Origin: an uncultured bacterium
Lineage (GTDB): Bacteria; Chloroflexota; UBA5177; JANWHV01
Direction: 5' to 3'
Assembly: GCA_963729625.1 (NCBI GenBank)
Contig: CAVSOU010000011.1
Span: 160,001 to 224,000 of the forward strand
DNA length: 64,000 bases
Shown here: one piece after another, positions 52,554 through 61,891 of the stretch
How the letters are laid out: every line of letters starts with the position of its first letter
How positions within the stretch are numbered: position 1 is the first letter of the stretch
The notes under the pieces: model-generated
What the model was told of the DNA's origin: nothing
The model's database searches: none
Seen by the model: the letters and a program-made list of their open reading frames with translations, nothing else
Program-made: the position numbers and the translations under genes

Positions 52554-53693
52554 GTGCGCATGCGGTTATTGCGCGCGCTGCTTGCCGCGGTCGTCATGGC
52601 TGCAAGCGGGCCGGCTTGGCCGCGGTTATCTGCCGCGGGCAACGATGCAGGCGCGCGAGTCTCGTGCGCGTTCCAACACCTGGACACCGGGGGCAAGGTC
52701 GGCCAGGTCTTCATGGTGTCGTTTGACGGGAGCGAGCCATCGCGTGCACTGAACGACTTGGTGCGTGCCTGGAGGCCAGGCGGCGTCGTGCTCTTCGGTA
52801 GAAACATTGGTACAGCACGTGAGCTGAGGGCGCTTATAGCAAGTGCGCAGCATGCGGCTACTCTGCCCCTGCTGGTCGCCACGGACCAGGAGGGTGGATC
52901 GGTCGTGCGCATTCGGGTCGGACTGAATCCCCTGCCTGCCGAGGCCTACTACGGGACGATCGGATCGGTGGCGCGCGTCTATCAAGACACTTTGGCTCAG
53001 GGTCGGGCGCTGAAGAGCCTTGGGGTCAATCTCGATCTTGCCCCGGTCGTCGACGTGCGTGTCGACGCCAAGAGTGCAATCGGCAGCCGCAGCTTCGGGC
53101 CGAATCCGGCGCTCGACGGCATTCTGGCGGCTGCCGCGGTGCAGGGGTATCAGGCGGCCGGTATCGGCGCCACGGCGAAGCACTTCATCGCGCTTGGCGA
53201 GGTCAAGGCGAACGCCGACCTCGACCTTCCGGTGGTAAAGGCCAGCCGCGCGGAGATCGAGGCTCGAGACTTACCCCCCATGCGCGCGGCGGTGGCGGCT
53301 GGGGTGGCGGCGATGATGGTCACGCGCGTCCAGATCCCGGCACTGGATCCGAGCGGCACGACCGCCTATGCATCTCCGCGCATGATCAAGAATGTCATTC
53401 GTGGCGAACTTGGATTTGGCGGTTTGCTGATAACCGATAGCCTTGTTACACCTGCGATCTTCGCCGGGCCCGGTCCGGAGATCGCTGCAACTGCCGCGTT
53501 ACGTGCTGGAGACGACATGCTGCTTCTGGGTAGCGGCGTCAAGATCCCGGCAGCGCGCCTTAACAAGGTCATCCTGGCCGTGTCCCACGCGGTGGCAACA
53601 GGCAGTGTCTCCACGTCTCGCTTGAACTCGGCAGTCCTTCAGGTGCTCCGACTCAAGGCGCGACTGGGTTTGTTGCCGGCTTGTGGCGCATAA
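52554..53693 (+). CDS. Secreted GH3 N-terminal-domain protein (NagZ-like), catalytic loop divergent
   Basis: TDQEGG.VVRI, LAPVVDV, IGSRSFG, KHF, ITDSL; lacks DSH. Confidence 0.85.
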   Translation: MRMRLLRALLAAVVMAASGPAWPRLSAAGNDAGARVSCAFQHLDTGGKVGQVFMVSFDGSEPSRALNDLVRAWRPGGVVLFGRNIGTARELRALIASAQHAATLPLLVATDQEGGSVVRIRVGLNPLPAEAYYGTIGSVARVYQDTLAQGRALKSLGVNLDLAPVVDVRVDAKSAIGSRSFGPNPALDGILAAAAVQGYQAAGIGATAKHFIALGEVKANADLDLPVVKASRAEIEARDLPPMRAAVAAGVAAMMVTRVQIPALDPSGTTAYASPRMIKNVIRGELGFGGLLITDSLVTPAIFAGPGPEIAATAALRAGDDMLLLGSGVKIPAARLNKVILAVSHAVATGSVSTSRLNSAVLQVLRLKARLGLLPACGA

Positions 53694-54076
53694 GAGGGCG
53701 GCGTCTGGCGTGATACGCCCACGAGCTGCAAATCGTTCCACACGACCTCCGGGCAGATATGGATGGAAGTGACGATAGGCCAGAAGGCTCCGTGTACGCG
53801 CTGCAGTCGTCGCCCGGGGACTCATGGGACGGAACCCCTGCCCTGCGCTTTCAACCCGAGGTTCCTTGAGTATTTGGGGACTGGTATGAATGTGTCGAGC
53901 CTTGGCTGCATACTCGATCGCAGAATCCAGGTGTGCGCGGCGTGCCGGGGGTGCGGAGACCTGAGAAAACGCCTGTGGTACAATCCCAGTGAATGACGAG
54001 CCAAAGTGCGCTGGGTGCCACCCAGCCGGCTCCTAAATGATGAACGCGTGTTAGCGCGAAGAGGGACCAGACGACA

Positions 54077-54979
54077 ATGGCTGCGAAACGTTGGTACGGG
54101 CGAGATACTCAGCTCACGCTACGGATGGGCTTCACGCTCTTCCTCCTGGCGCTGTTGTACTCAGTATTTCTCGCGGTGCTGTGGAAGGCAACAGGCAGCT
54201 TCTTCTTGCTTGTGTTTGTGGGCGCCGCAATGGTGTTGTTCCAGTACTTCGCGTCGGATAAGCTTGTGCTGCTCAGCACAGGTGCGCGCGAAGTCACGCC
54301 GCAGCAGGAGCCCGAGCTGTATCGCATTATTACGAGGCTTTCGCAGCTCGCGGATCTGCCGACACCGCGCGTCGCGATCATGGAAACCATGGTGCCAAAC
54401 GCCTTCGCGACAGGTCGGAGCCCAAAGCATGCGGTGATCGCGGTGACCCGTGGCATCACTCAGCTCCTTGATCCGCAAGAGCTGGAGAGCGTGCTGGGGC
54501 ACGAGATGAGCCACATCAAGAATCGCGACATGATGGTGCTTACATATGCGAGCTTGTTCGCCAGCGTAGCCTCGTTCATCGTCCAGATCGGCATGTGGAC
54601 GGGATTCGGGATGAATGACCGTGACGATCGCGACGGCAATGCAGCCATGGTGGTGTTCCTCGTCTCAGCAGCCGTGTGGGCGATCAGCTTCTTCCTGCTT
54701 CGCGCGTTGTCTCGTTATCGTGAGTACTCGGCGGATCGCGGGTCAGTGCTGCTGACCGGCACGCCCGCCACGATGCGGTCGGCGCTGCTGAAGGTGAGCG
54801 GTACGATGCAGCGCATTCCAAATGCGGACTTGCGCACCGCGCAGTCGATGAACGCGTTCTTCATCGTGCCTCAGGTGAAATCTGCTACTGTCGAGCTGTT
54901 CAGCACGCATCCTTCGCTCGAGCACCGCCTGGCGCGGCTCGAGGCGCTGGAGAAGAACATGAACAAGTTGGGCCGGTAG
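54077..54979 (+). CDS. htpX: Zinc metalloprotease HtpX (M48)
   Basis: PNAFATGR, HEMSH, SRYREY.AD, STHP. Confidence 0.95.
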   Translation: MAAKRWYGRDTQLTLRMGFTLFLLALLYSVFLAVLWKATGSFFLLVFVGAAMVLFQYFASDKLVLLSTGAREVTPQQEPELYRIITRLSQLADLPTPRVAIMETMVPNAFATGRSPKHAVIAVTRGITQLLDPQELESVLGHEMSHIKNRDMMVLTYASLFASVASFIVQIGMWTGFGMNDRDDRDGNAAMVVFLVSAAVWAISFFLLRALSRYREYSADRGSVLLTGTPATMRSALLKVSGTMQRIPNADLRTAQSMNAFFIVPQVKSATVELFSTHPSLEHRLARLEALEKNMNKLGR

Positions 54980-54982
54980 CCC

Positions 54983-55555
54983 GTGAGCTTCCTGGATAAG
55001 CTGCTCGGTACGACAAAGCCTGTCGCGTCCAAGACCGAAGGTCTTTTTGCCATCTCCACCGCCGTCGTCACGCTGCAGGTGTCGCTGCATCTCGAGCCAA
55101 GCAAGGAGGCTGCGATCTGCTTCAAGTCGGTGGAAGCGCTGCGGTTCGAGGAGATGCAGCGTGACATCAATGACTTGCTCGCGATCCGAGCAAAAGATAC
55201 GGGCACGCAGTCTAATATGCGCGCACTGTCGGACAACCTTGGTTTCCAGTGGGCGATGATCCACACCGAGGACTTCGAGGATCTGGTAACGACCGTTCAC
55301 ATGGTGAGTGAAGAGCTCCGCTCGCGCGGGTATGGCGATCGCCTGTATTCGTCGGTCTTCAAGTTCATGGGCGAAGGCCAAAACGTATATTGGATGTATA
55401 ACTACAAACGCGGCAAGTGGTACCCCTTCGTGCCAAAGGGCGAAGGCGCGCGCGACAATTCGTATGAGTTGCGCCTATCCTCGTTGATGAGCGGAGAGAT
55501 GCCCATCGAGAAGGAGCTGGAGTATTGGTATCCGATGTGGGGCATGCCGGTCTGA
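54983..55555 (+). CDS. PspA-associated protein PspAB
   Basis: MSFLDKLLG, DFEDLVTTVH, YNYKRG.WYPFVP, RDN..ELR, WYPMWG; follows htpX. Confidence 0.8.
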   Translation: MSFLDKLLGTTKPVASKTEGLFAISTAVVTLQVSLHLEPSKEAAICFKSVEALRFEEMQRDINDLLAIRAKDTGTQSNMRALSDNLGFQWAMIHTEDFEDLVTTVHMVSEELRSRGYGDRLYSSVFKFMGEGQNVYWMYNYKRGKWYPFVPKGEGARDNSYELRLSSLMSGEMPIEKELEYWYPMWGMPV

Positions 55556-55600
55556 ACCGGCCTGCTTCTCGGAGGACGACGCAGTCGCCAGGATCGAGCG

Positions 55601-55630
55601 AGGGGTGCTGCCCCGATCGGCAGCACCCCT
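55601..55630. terminator. 12-bp hairpin between convergent operons
   Basis: aggggtgctgcc / ggcagcacccct. Confidence 0.7.
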
Positions 55631-55655
55631 TGACGAGTGGTAGGGAACAGAACGG

Positions 55656-55934
55656 CTATCCGGGAATGAGGCCGTCTTCCTTCAGGGTAGCCACGATTTC
55701 GTCATAGGTGAGGTCAGCGGGCGGAAGGATCGCATCCGACGGGACGATTTCGTCGTCACGCACAGGGCTGCCTTCGGCCTGCACAAACGCGATCATCTTA
55801 TAAAGAAGCGCTGTGACTGACTGCTCGTCGTGATGCGTCACGGCATCTTGTAACTGCGTATCCAGCGCGTTGAGCCCGTCGAGCACCGAGCTCTGCAATT
55901 GATACTGACCGCTGCCTTGTACTCGTACTATCAT
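55656..55934 (-). CDS. PspA-associated protein PspAA (copy 2)
   Basis: MIVRVQGSGQY...LNALD...PSDAILPPADLT...DGLIPG. Confidence 0.85.
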   Translation of the reverse strand: MIVRVQGSGQYQLQSSVLDGLNALDTQLQDAVTHHDEQSVTALLYKMIAFVQAEGSPVRDDEIVPSDAILPPADLTYDEIVATLKEDGLIPG

Positions 55935-56130
55935 CGATGCTGTCCGCTTTCACTCTCCATCGGGCCACGAAGGTAGGATCTGGACTGCGTGCGGCTCACG
56001 GCAGACACGCTGCTCTCGCGGCCAACCATTGCCGACACCGCGAGGCCAGATAGCCCGGGCGGCCATTGCCACTACCCGCGCGGCACCCCCTTGCTGGGTC
56101 CGCGCTCCGTGAACCATCCCCGCTCATCCT

Positions 56131-56424
56131 TCACGTGGCCGGGCTGCCCAATCCCGCGCGATCTTCGCGACCGAGCAAGGCATGAAACTCCTCGATTGTG
56201 AACGTGTCATGTGGGAGCACTGCATCGGACGGAACAAGCTCATCGAGGCCGACGGGCGCGCCCTCTCGTTGGACCAGCGCAATCATCTCCTCGAGAAGCT
56301 GATGCGTTCGAACGTCGTTCTTAGCCTCGACTGCTGAAAGCAGGCTGCGATCGAGATCGTGCACCGCCTGTTCAGTGCTTTCGGACAGGCGATACTGCCC
56401 GCTCCCCAGCACTCGCACGATCAT
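56131..56424 (-). CDS. PspA-associated protein PspAA (copy 1)
   Basis: MIVRVLGSGQY...PSDAVLP; ATGA overlap with pspA. Confidence 0.85.
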   Translation of the reverse strand: MIVRVLGSGQYRLSESTEQAVHDLDRSLLSAVEAKNDVRTHQLLEEMIALVQREGAPVGLDELVPSDAVLPHDTFTIEEFHALLGREDRAGLGSPAT

Positions 56425-57170
56425 TGGCCACTTCCCGTGCTCTGGCCCAACTGCTTCGGCGGTTCCGCGCCCTGACCAAGCTGGGCCTTGAGCGCGGCGA
56501 GTTCCGCGTCGACATTTCCTCCCGCCGACAGCTGATCGAGCTGCGCTTGCAGATCGTCGCCGGGGCCTAGCACGTCAGGCAGGGTCCCGGCAGCGGTTAG
56601 CTCGCCGATGGCGTTCGCTCGTGCCTGCATCGCCTGCGTCTTGTCCTCGGCGCGCTGGATGGCCGCGTTGACATCGGCCATCTCCTCAGACAGGCCGCTG
56701 GCCGCTTCACTGATACGTACCTGAGCTTGAGCGGCGGTAAACTGCGCCTTGATTGTTTCTTTCCTGGTCTTGAACGACTCGATTTTCGCGGCAAGACGCT
56801 GCTCGCCCTGCTGCAACTGCGCCTGCTGTGCCTCGAGCGTCTCAACCTGTGCCTGCATGCTCGTCACCTGGGTCTGGAGATCTGACTTGCGTTGCAAGGC
56901 GAGGCGGGCGAGGTCCTCGCGGTTGGCAGCCAATGCCTGACGCGCTTGGTTGTCGTACTTTGCCGAGTCCTGTTGGAGCTTAGTCAGTTGCAGCTGCAGA
57001 CGCGACTTGGCAGTGACGACGTCGGCAATGCCGCGGCGCACCTTTTGGAGCTGTTCGATCTGCTGCTCATAGGAATAATCGAGCGTTTCGTTAGGATTCT
57101 CGGCCGCATCGAGAGCGGAGTTCATCTTGGACTTGAATATTGTGGAGATGCGGCCCAGCACGCCTGCCAT
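56421..57170 (-). CDS. pspA: PspA/IM30 family protein
   Basis: LDAAENPNETLDYSYE, REDLARLAL.RK, RAEDKT..MQARA, VDAELAALK. Confidence 0.93.
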   Translation of the reverse strand: MAGVLGRISTIFKSKMNSALDAAENPNETLDYSYEQQIEQLQKVRRGIADVVTAKSRLQLQLTKLQQDSAKYDNQARQALAANREDLARLALQRKSDLQTQVTSMQAQVETLEAQQAQLQQGEQRLAAKIESFKTRKETIKAQFTAAQAQVRISEAASGLSEEMADVNAAIQRAEDKTQAMQARANAIGELTAAGTLPDVLGPGDDLQAQLDQLSAGGNVDAELAALKAQLGQGAEPPKQLGQSTGSGQ

Positions 57171-57807
57171 CAGAACCTCCCTGCTGACGCGATTGACGTC
57201 ATAAAGCCGTGGGACGGTACCCGGGATCTCGTGGTGCCCACCCATAGCCTTCCTACTATAACATTAGTGTCCTTGCCATGCGACACTCCGCGCAATCGTA
57301 AGCACGAAGGGCTGACCGGCGGGCGCGGATTGCATGGACGCTATGACACTAGTCTACCGTCGGTAGAAGACTCACGTGAAACCCTCGCTGACGAAGGGCA
57401 GGGTGTAACTGTGCCATCCGTGTTTCGGGCTACAGTGCTCCCGCGCCTCAGTCGGTTTCCGACGCCGCGGGCGCTTCGAGATCCGGCGCGCTGTCGCGCC
57501 GTGCGTCGAAGAACTCAATGTCGCGCTGCAGGAGATCGAGGCTGAACCGCTTCTGGCCGTCGTTCCCGGTCCACTCGCGGGCTTCCAGCCAGTACTTCTT
57601 CGTCTTTGCGGTCTCTTGCCGATCTTGCTAGAGTAGGGTTGGGTTCCGCCTATGCACGTCTAACGTGAAGCCACGGCGAGATCTCCATTGACGCGCACGA
57701 TCCTGGGGGCGCGGGCGTCTCGCCCGACTTGTTTTGTGGCCGGCTACGGCCTTAGTTTAGAGTCAGAATGGGTTTCGCGGACCCGCGTTGGAGGGACGTC
57801 GGTGGTC

Positions 57808-58398
57808 ATGCTGCCGGACCAACAGAGGAAGTACGGCTCGGCTATGAAAGTCGTGGCCGCCTTACCGATCCTGGTCGTTCTGGCGGTCGTCGTGGCGTTC
57901 GTGGTCCATCTCGAATGGTCCGCCCTGGCTGGGTCGCAGCAAGCCGTGCCCACGGCTGCCGCAACGCTCACGGGGGACCAATCGGGGGAATCTCCGGACG
58001 CGACCCTGACCTATCCTGGATCAACGGACATCAAGCGGCAATCCGGGACCCTCGCGAGCCTGGCAGGGTCGAACCCGTTCAGCTCCGGAATGGTAGCGCA
58101 GTTGGCTGATGCCGCGAAGGGTTACTCGTCGGCGCCGATCTTCGGCACCCAGTTCGACACCGGCGACGGTCCTGCTACTGTGCTGCAATGGTTTGACGGA
58201 TCGCTTAGAGCTCGCGGCTGGTGCGCGCCAGCGAGCGTAAACCTCAACACTGCTATCCACGTCTATGTTAATCCACCGCTTGACGCATATGCTGTGATTG
58301 CGATGCCTGCGCAGTCGCTGACCAGTGGTCAGACGGGTTCGAGCGTAGCGACGTGGTACCTGCGCTTCCCGACTTCCGGCGCCGTCCCGTCGTGCTAG
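57808..58398 (+). CDS. Hypothetical membrane-anchored/secreted protein
   Basis: Hydrophobic N-terminal helix followed by soluble domain with YPGS and WF...L..RGW. Confidence 0.6.
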   Translation: MLPDQQRKYGSAMKVVAALPILVVLAVVVAFVVHLEWSALAGSQQAVPTAAATLTGDQSGESPDATLTYPGSTDIKRQSGTLASLAGSNPFSSGMVAQLADAAKGYSSAPIFGTQFDTGDGPATVLQWFDGSLRARGWCAPASVNLNTAIHVYVNPPLDAYAVIAMPAQSLTSGQTGSSVATWYLRFPTSGAVPSC

Positions 58399-58680
58399 CG
58401 GTCTGTCGGCTTGCATCGGATAAAGTGGAAGGCCGGCCTGACATTGCGCGGGGCCCGACCCACTCTTCGGGGGGTACCCCGTGCGGCTCGCGGGCAGCCC
58501 CGGCGCGAATGCGGTCCCCGGAGCCGCAAACACGTGTGGTAGGTGAGCTACGCGTCATCCGTCAGCCCTCTGCAGTTGCGCTATCCCGACAGTTCACCGT
58601 CCGTGCGATGCCCTGCCGCAGCTTCAGGCTGGGCGTCCGACCCTGCCCTTGCACGCACCCTACGCATGCATGACCCGCCG

Positions 58681-59373
58681 CTAGCGGTCCCGGTCGATCG
58701 TCGCGAGCGCCAGCACCGCGGCATACACGTGACGCGCGCCCGATCCGCGGAGGGCGTCTGCTGCCGCTCGCAAGGTTGCGCCCGTCGTGCACACGTCGTC
58801 GACGAGTACAACGCTCCTGCCCTTGTACGCGCCGGCTTCGGCTGAGAACGCGCCTCGGATGTTCCGCGCCCGCTCCTCGGCGCTCATGCCGACCTGCGGC
58901 GGGGTCGCTCGGACACGCTGCAGGCCGGTGTCTTCCACGCGCATTCCGTGCTTGACGCTTGCGGCCCGTGCGAGCAAGGCAGCCTGATTATAGCCTCGCT
59001 GGCGCTGGCGACCGGGGTGGAGCGGGATGGGCACGAGAATTGGGTCCATGCCTGCGAATGGGGCGATAGCCCTGTCGAGCACGACGGCCAGATCATCCGC
59101 CGCGGCTCTTTTGCCCCCATATTTGAACCGGTGGATGGCGAGCCGCAGTTGATTGTCGTACGTCCCCGCGGCCCTGACGTAGAGCAAGGCATGCCTGCGA
59201 CAGCGGCAGTGCGGTTGCTCCGGGTCAACCGCCACTCTGCAGGCTGGGCACATGGCATCGTCCAGTCGACGCGTGGCCTCGAGACAGGCCATGCAGAAGA
59301 ACGCGCCGACGACATCACAGCCGAGACAGCGGGGCGGGAACAGGAGATCGAGGACCGTTCGTAGCGGACCCAC
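58681..59373 (-). CDS. comF: ComF family phosphoribosyltransferase-like competence protein
   Basis: LFPPRCLGC, PIPLH..R..RGYNQ, LVDDVCTTGATL. Confidence 0.93.
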   Translation of the reverse strand: MGPLRTVLDLLFPPRCLGCDVVGAFFCMACLEATRRLDDAMCPACRVAVDPEQPHCRCRRHALLYVRAAGTYDNQLRLAIHRFKYGGKRAAADDLAVVLDRAIAPFAGMDPILVPIPLHPGRQRQRGYNQAALLARAASVKHGMRVEDTGLQRVRATPPQVGMSAEERARNIRGAFSAEAGAYKGRSVVLVDDVCTTGATLRAAADALRGSGARHVYAAVLALATIDRDR

Positions 59374-59442
59374 AAGTCGCGCTCTCCCATCCGGCCAGGA
59401 CGACCGCCGCTGTGCTTGCCAATCCGATCGTCGCGGCGCCAG

Positions 59443-59799
59443 CTACCGGTCTTCCAGCACGATCGCGTCGCCTTCCACCGTACCGGTGCGCGCAGCCGTT
59501 CCGGCCGGCAATTCGATGGCCATGCGGCATTTCCGCACGAACGGTCCCAGCCTCCACGGCTTGATGCCGTGCAGTACGCGGAGCACCGTACCCTGCTTGT
59601 CGGTATGCACGATATCCAGCGCGAAGCGCATGAAGAACATGTGGACGGGCTCGCCGGACATGATCACCAGTCCGCCGCCTTCCGGCAGGCCCCTTCGCAG
59701 CATCAGCCCCGCGAACTTGGCAAAGAAACTCGAGGCAAGCTCGGCGTCATCGGCGAGATACGCTCCCCGCGTGCTGTTCAGCACCCTGACGTGGCGCAT
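59443..59799 (-). CDS. DUF192 domain protein
   Basis: GLM.R, VHMFFMRFALDI, IKPWR, IELPAG. Confidence 0.88.
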   Translation of the reverse strand: MRHVRVLNSTRGAYLADDAELASSFFAKFAGLMLRRGLPEGGGLVIMSGEPVHMFFMRFALDIVHTDKQGTVLRVLHGIKPWRLGPFVRKCRMAIELPAGTAARTGTVEGDAIVLEDR

Positions 59800-60130
59800 A
59801 GTCGGTCTCCCCTTTAGCGCAGCCGCCTCTGCCAACACGCGCTCTGCCCGTGTCGCCGCTGGCCCGGGCAGCGTGGATGTCGTCGTTGAGTATACGACAA
59901 CTGCGACCTCTTCTGGCATCTCGTGACGTGGCGCATGACCTTATGTCGTGCCTTCCCTCGGATTCTCAAGTCTCCTCAAACGCAGACCCGGCTCTCACGC
60001 GCACCTCACATACTGACGTGCTCTTGACTTGGACCACCCACACGCCGGCATGAGTAGCAGGGCAGGAGGCACAAGGTGCCTGGCCCGCTGCTGGCATATC
60101 TGCTAGCATTACATGCAGGAGGTGATAGCA

Positions 60131-60376
60131 ATGGCAGCATTGAGCATCCGAAACCTCGATGAGCAGGTGCAGCGCCGCCTTAAGGTGCGCGCAGCGCAAC
60201 ACGGCAGGTCGATGGAGGCAGAGGCGCGCGCGATTCTCACAGACGCCGTTCGGGAGCCTGCAGACGCTGCCGGGCTGTTCACCGAGATTCTGGAGCGCTT
60301 CGGTGCACTCGGTGGGGTCGACTTGCCGATGCCAGAGCGCCACGACCCGGCGCGTGCCGCGGATTTCAACGCATGA
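60131..60376 (+). CDS. FitA-like RHH antitoxin
   Basis: MAALSIRNLDEQVQRRLKVRAAQHGRSMEAEARAIL. Confidence 0.9.
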   Translation: MAALSIRNLDEQVQRRLKVRAAQHGRSMEAEARAILTDAVREPADAAGLFTEILERFGALGGVDLPMPERHDPARAADFNA

Positions 60377-60798
60377 TCATCCTCGATACGAACGTGGTCT
60401 CCGAACTGATGCGTTCGGACCCCGCGCCACAGGTCGCGACCTGGGTTCGCAGGCGAGACAGGCATGAGCTTTGCACGACCTCGATCACGCTCGCGGAAAT
60501 CCGCTACGGTATCGCCAGGCTTCCCGACGGCCGCAGGAAACAGGCCCTCCTCGGCACCGCCGACGAGGTCTTCCGGACCTTCGAAGATCAAGTGCTGCCG
60601 GTCGACGCTGCAGCCGCGCTGCACTACGCAGAGATCGCGGGCAAGCGCGAGCGATCAGGAAAGCCAATCTCTGGCTTCGACGCGCTCATCGCGGCGATTT
60701 GTCGCTCCCAGAATGCCGCGCTAGCAACGCGCAACGTGTCTGACTTCGATGATACCGGCATCGAGATCATAGACCCCTGGGCACAGCGCGACACGTGA
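60373..60798 (+). CDS. vapC: PIN-domain toxin VapC/FitB
   Basis: MIILDTNVVSELM, EIRYG, FDALIAA, LATRNVSDF. Confidence 0.93.
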   Translation: MIILDTNVVSELMRSDPAPQVATWVRRRDRHELCTTSITLAEIRYGIARLPDGRRKQALLGTADEVFRTFEDQVLPVDAAAALHYAEIAGKRERSGKPISGFDALIAAICRSQNAALATRNVSDFDDTGIEIIDPWAQRDT

Positions 60799-60847
60799 GC
60801 ACCGTTAGGCAGGCCGCCAGGCTCGTCGTACCCGCGATTTCGTCCGT

Positions 60848-61189
60848 GTGGTGGCCAAGGTGTTGATCGCCTGGCACGACGACCTACCCGCGGATGACAC
60901 AGAGCCTGTCAACACCACCGTGGAGCGATTGCGCCGCCACGGGCCAGCGCTGCGCCGACCGACTGTCGGCCGGATCGAACAATCGCGGTACGCCAACATG
61001 CGCGAGTTGCGTGTGCCCAAGAAGCACGTCCGTAACCTGTTTGCCTTTGACCTGCGCCGCTGTGCAATCCTGCTGCTGGGCGGCAGCAAAGCCGGCGATT
61101 GGGACGCTTGGTATGATCGCAATGTGCCGACCGCTGATGCTCTGTACACCGAACACCTCGAGATTATTCGCAAGGAGCAACGGCCATGA
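60848..61189 (+). CDS. RelE/ParE-superfamily toxin (Gp49/HigB-like)
   Basis: GPALRRP...SRYANMRELRV...R.LFAFD.RR.AILLLGG.K. Confidence 0.85.
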   Translation: MVAKVLIAWHDDLPADDTEPVNTTVERLRRHGPALRRPTVGRIEQSRYANMRELRVPKKHVRNLFAFDLRRCAILLLGGSKAGDWDAWYDRNVPTADALYTEHLEIIRKEQRP

Positions 61190-61527
61190 CCAGGAAGTGG
61201 GACCAGATCAAACGGCCCGGCAATCCCGCCATGGAGCGCGGCTACGACGCGGCACTGACCACAGCTACCTGGCTTTCCGAGTTGCGCCAACGTTGCGGGC
61301 TGACCCAAGTCGACATGGCCCAGCGCCTCGGAAAAAGCCAGTCAGCGATCTCTCAGTTGGAAGCTGAGACGGACACGCACGTCTCCACCGTCGTCGCCTA
61401 TATCGCGGCACTTGGCGGCCGGCTCCAGTTCACCGCAACCCTACCCAGCGGCGAACAAGTTCAGCTCGACCAGATGCCACCCGATGACGCGGCTACCCAA
61501 GACACCCTGCTGGCCGAAGCGATCTAG
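61186..61527 (+). CDS. XRE HTH antitoxin (HigA-like)
   Basis: LSELR...GLTQVDMAQRLGKSQSAISQLE...YIAALGG. Confidence 0.88.
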   Translation: MTRKWDQIKRPGNPAMERGYDAALTTATWLSELRQRCGLTQVDMAQRLGKSQSAISQLEAETDTHVSTVVAYIAALGGRLQFTATLPSGEQVQLDQMPPDDAATQDTLLAEAI

Positions 61528-61654
61528 CAGCCTATCGGAGAGATAGTGTAGAACGCGATGCGTGTACGAACTGATCGGCGAGCCGGGCGTGCTCGCATAC
61601 GACCCGCTGATAGACCGGGTCCAATGCGCGATCTGCGGCCGGTGGTACCAGACA

Positions 61655-61800
61655 CACACGAACGGCCCCAGTCGCCAGGGCCGGATGCCGGGAAGGATGC
61701 GAAGCACCGTCCCCTGCTTGTCCGCATGGATCACGTCCAGCGCGAGTCGCATGAAGAACATGTGGATCGGCTCGCCGGACAGGATAGAGGTTATCACCGG
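61655..61800 (-). pseudogene. Partial second DUF192 copy
   Basis: SGEPIHMFFMRLALDVIHADKQGTVLRILPGIRPWRLGPFV vs SGEPVHMFFMRFALDIVHTDKQGTVLRVLHGIKPWRLGPFV. Confidence 0.85.
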
Positions 61801-61891
61801 CGAGCACTTCGTTTGAAGTCAAAGCGAACCAACGCCAATAACTCCTGAACACCCGCCAATAACTTGTGAATCCTACAACCGTACCTGAACG

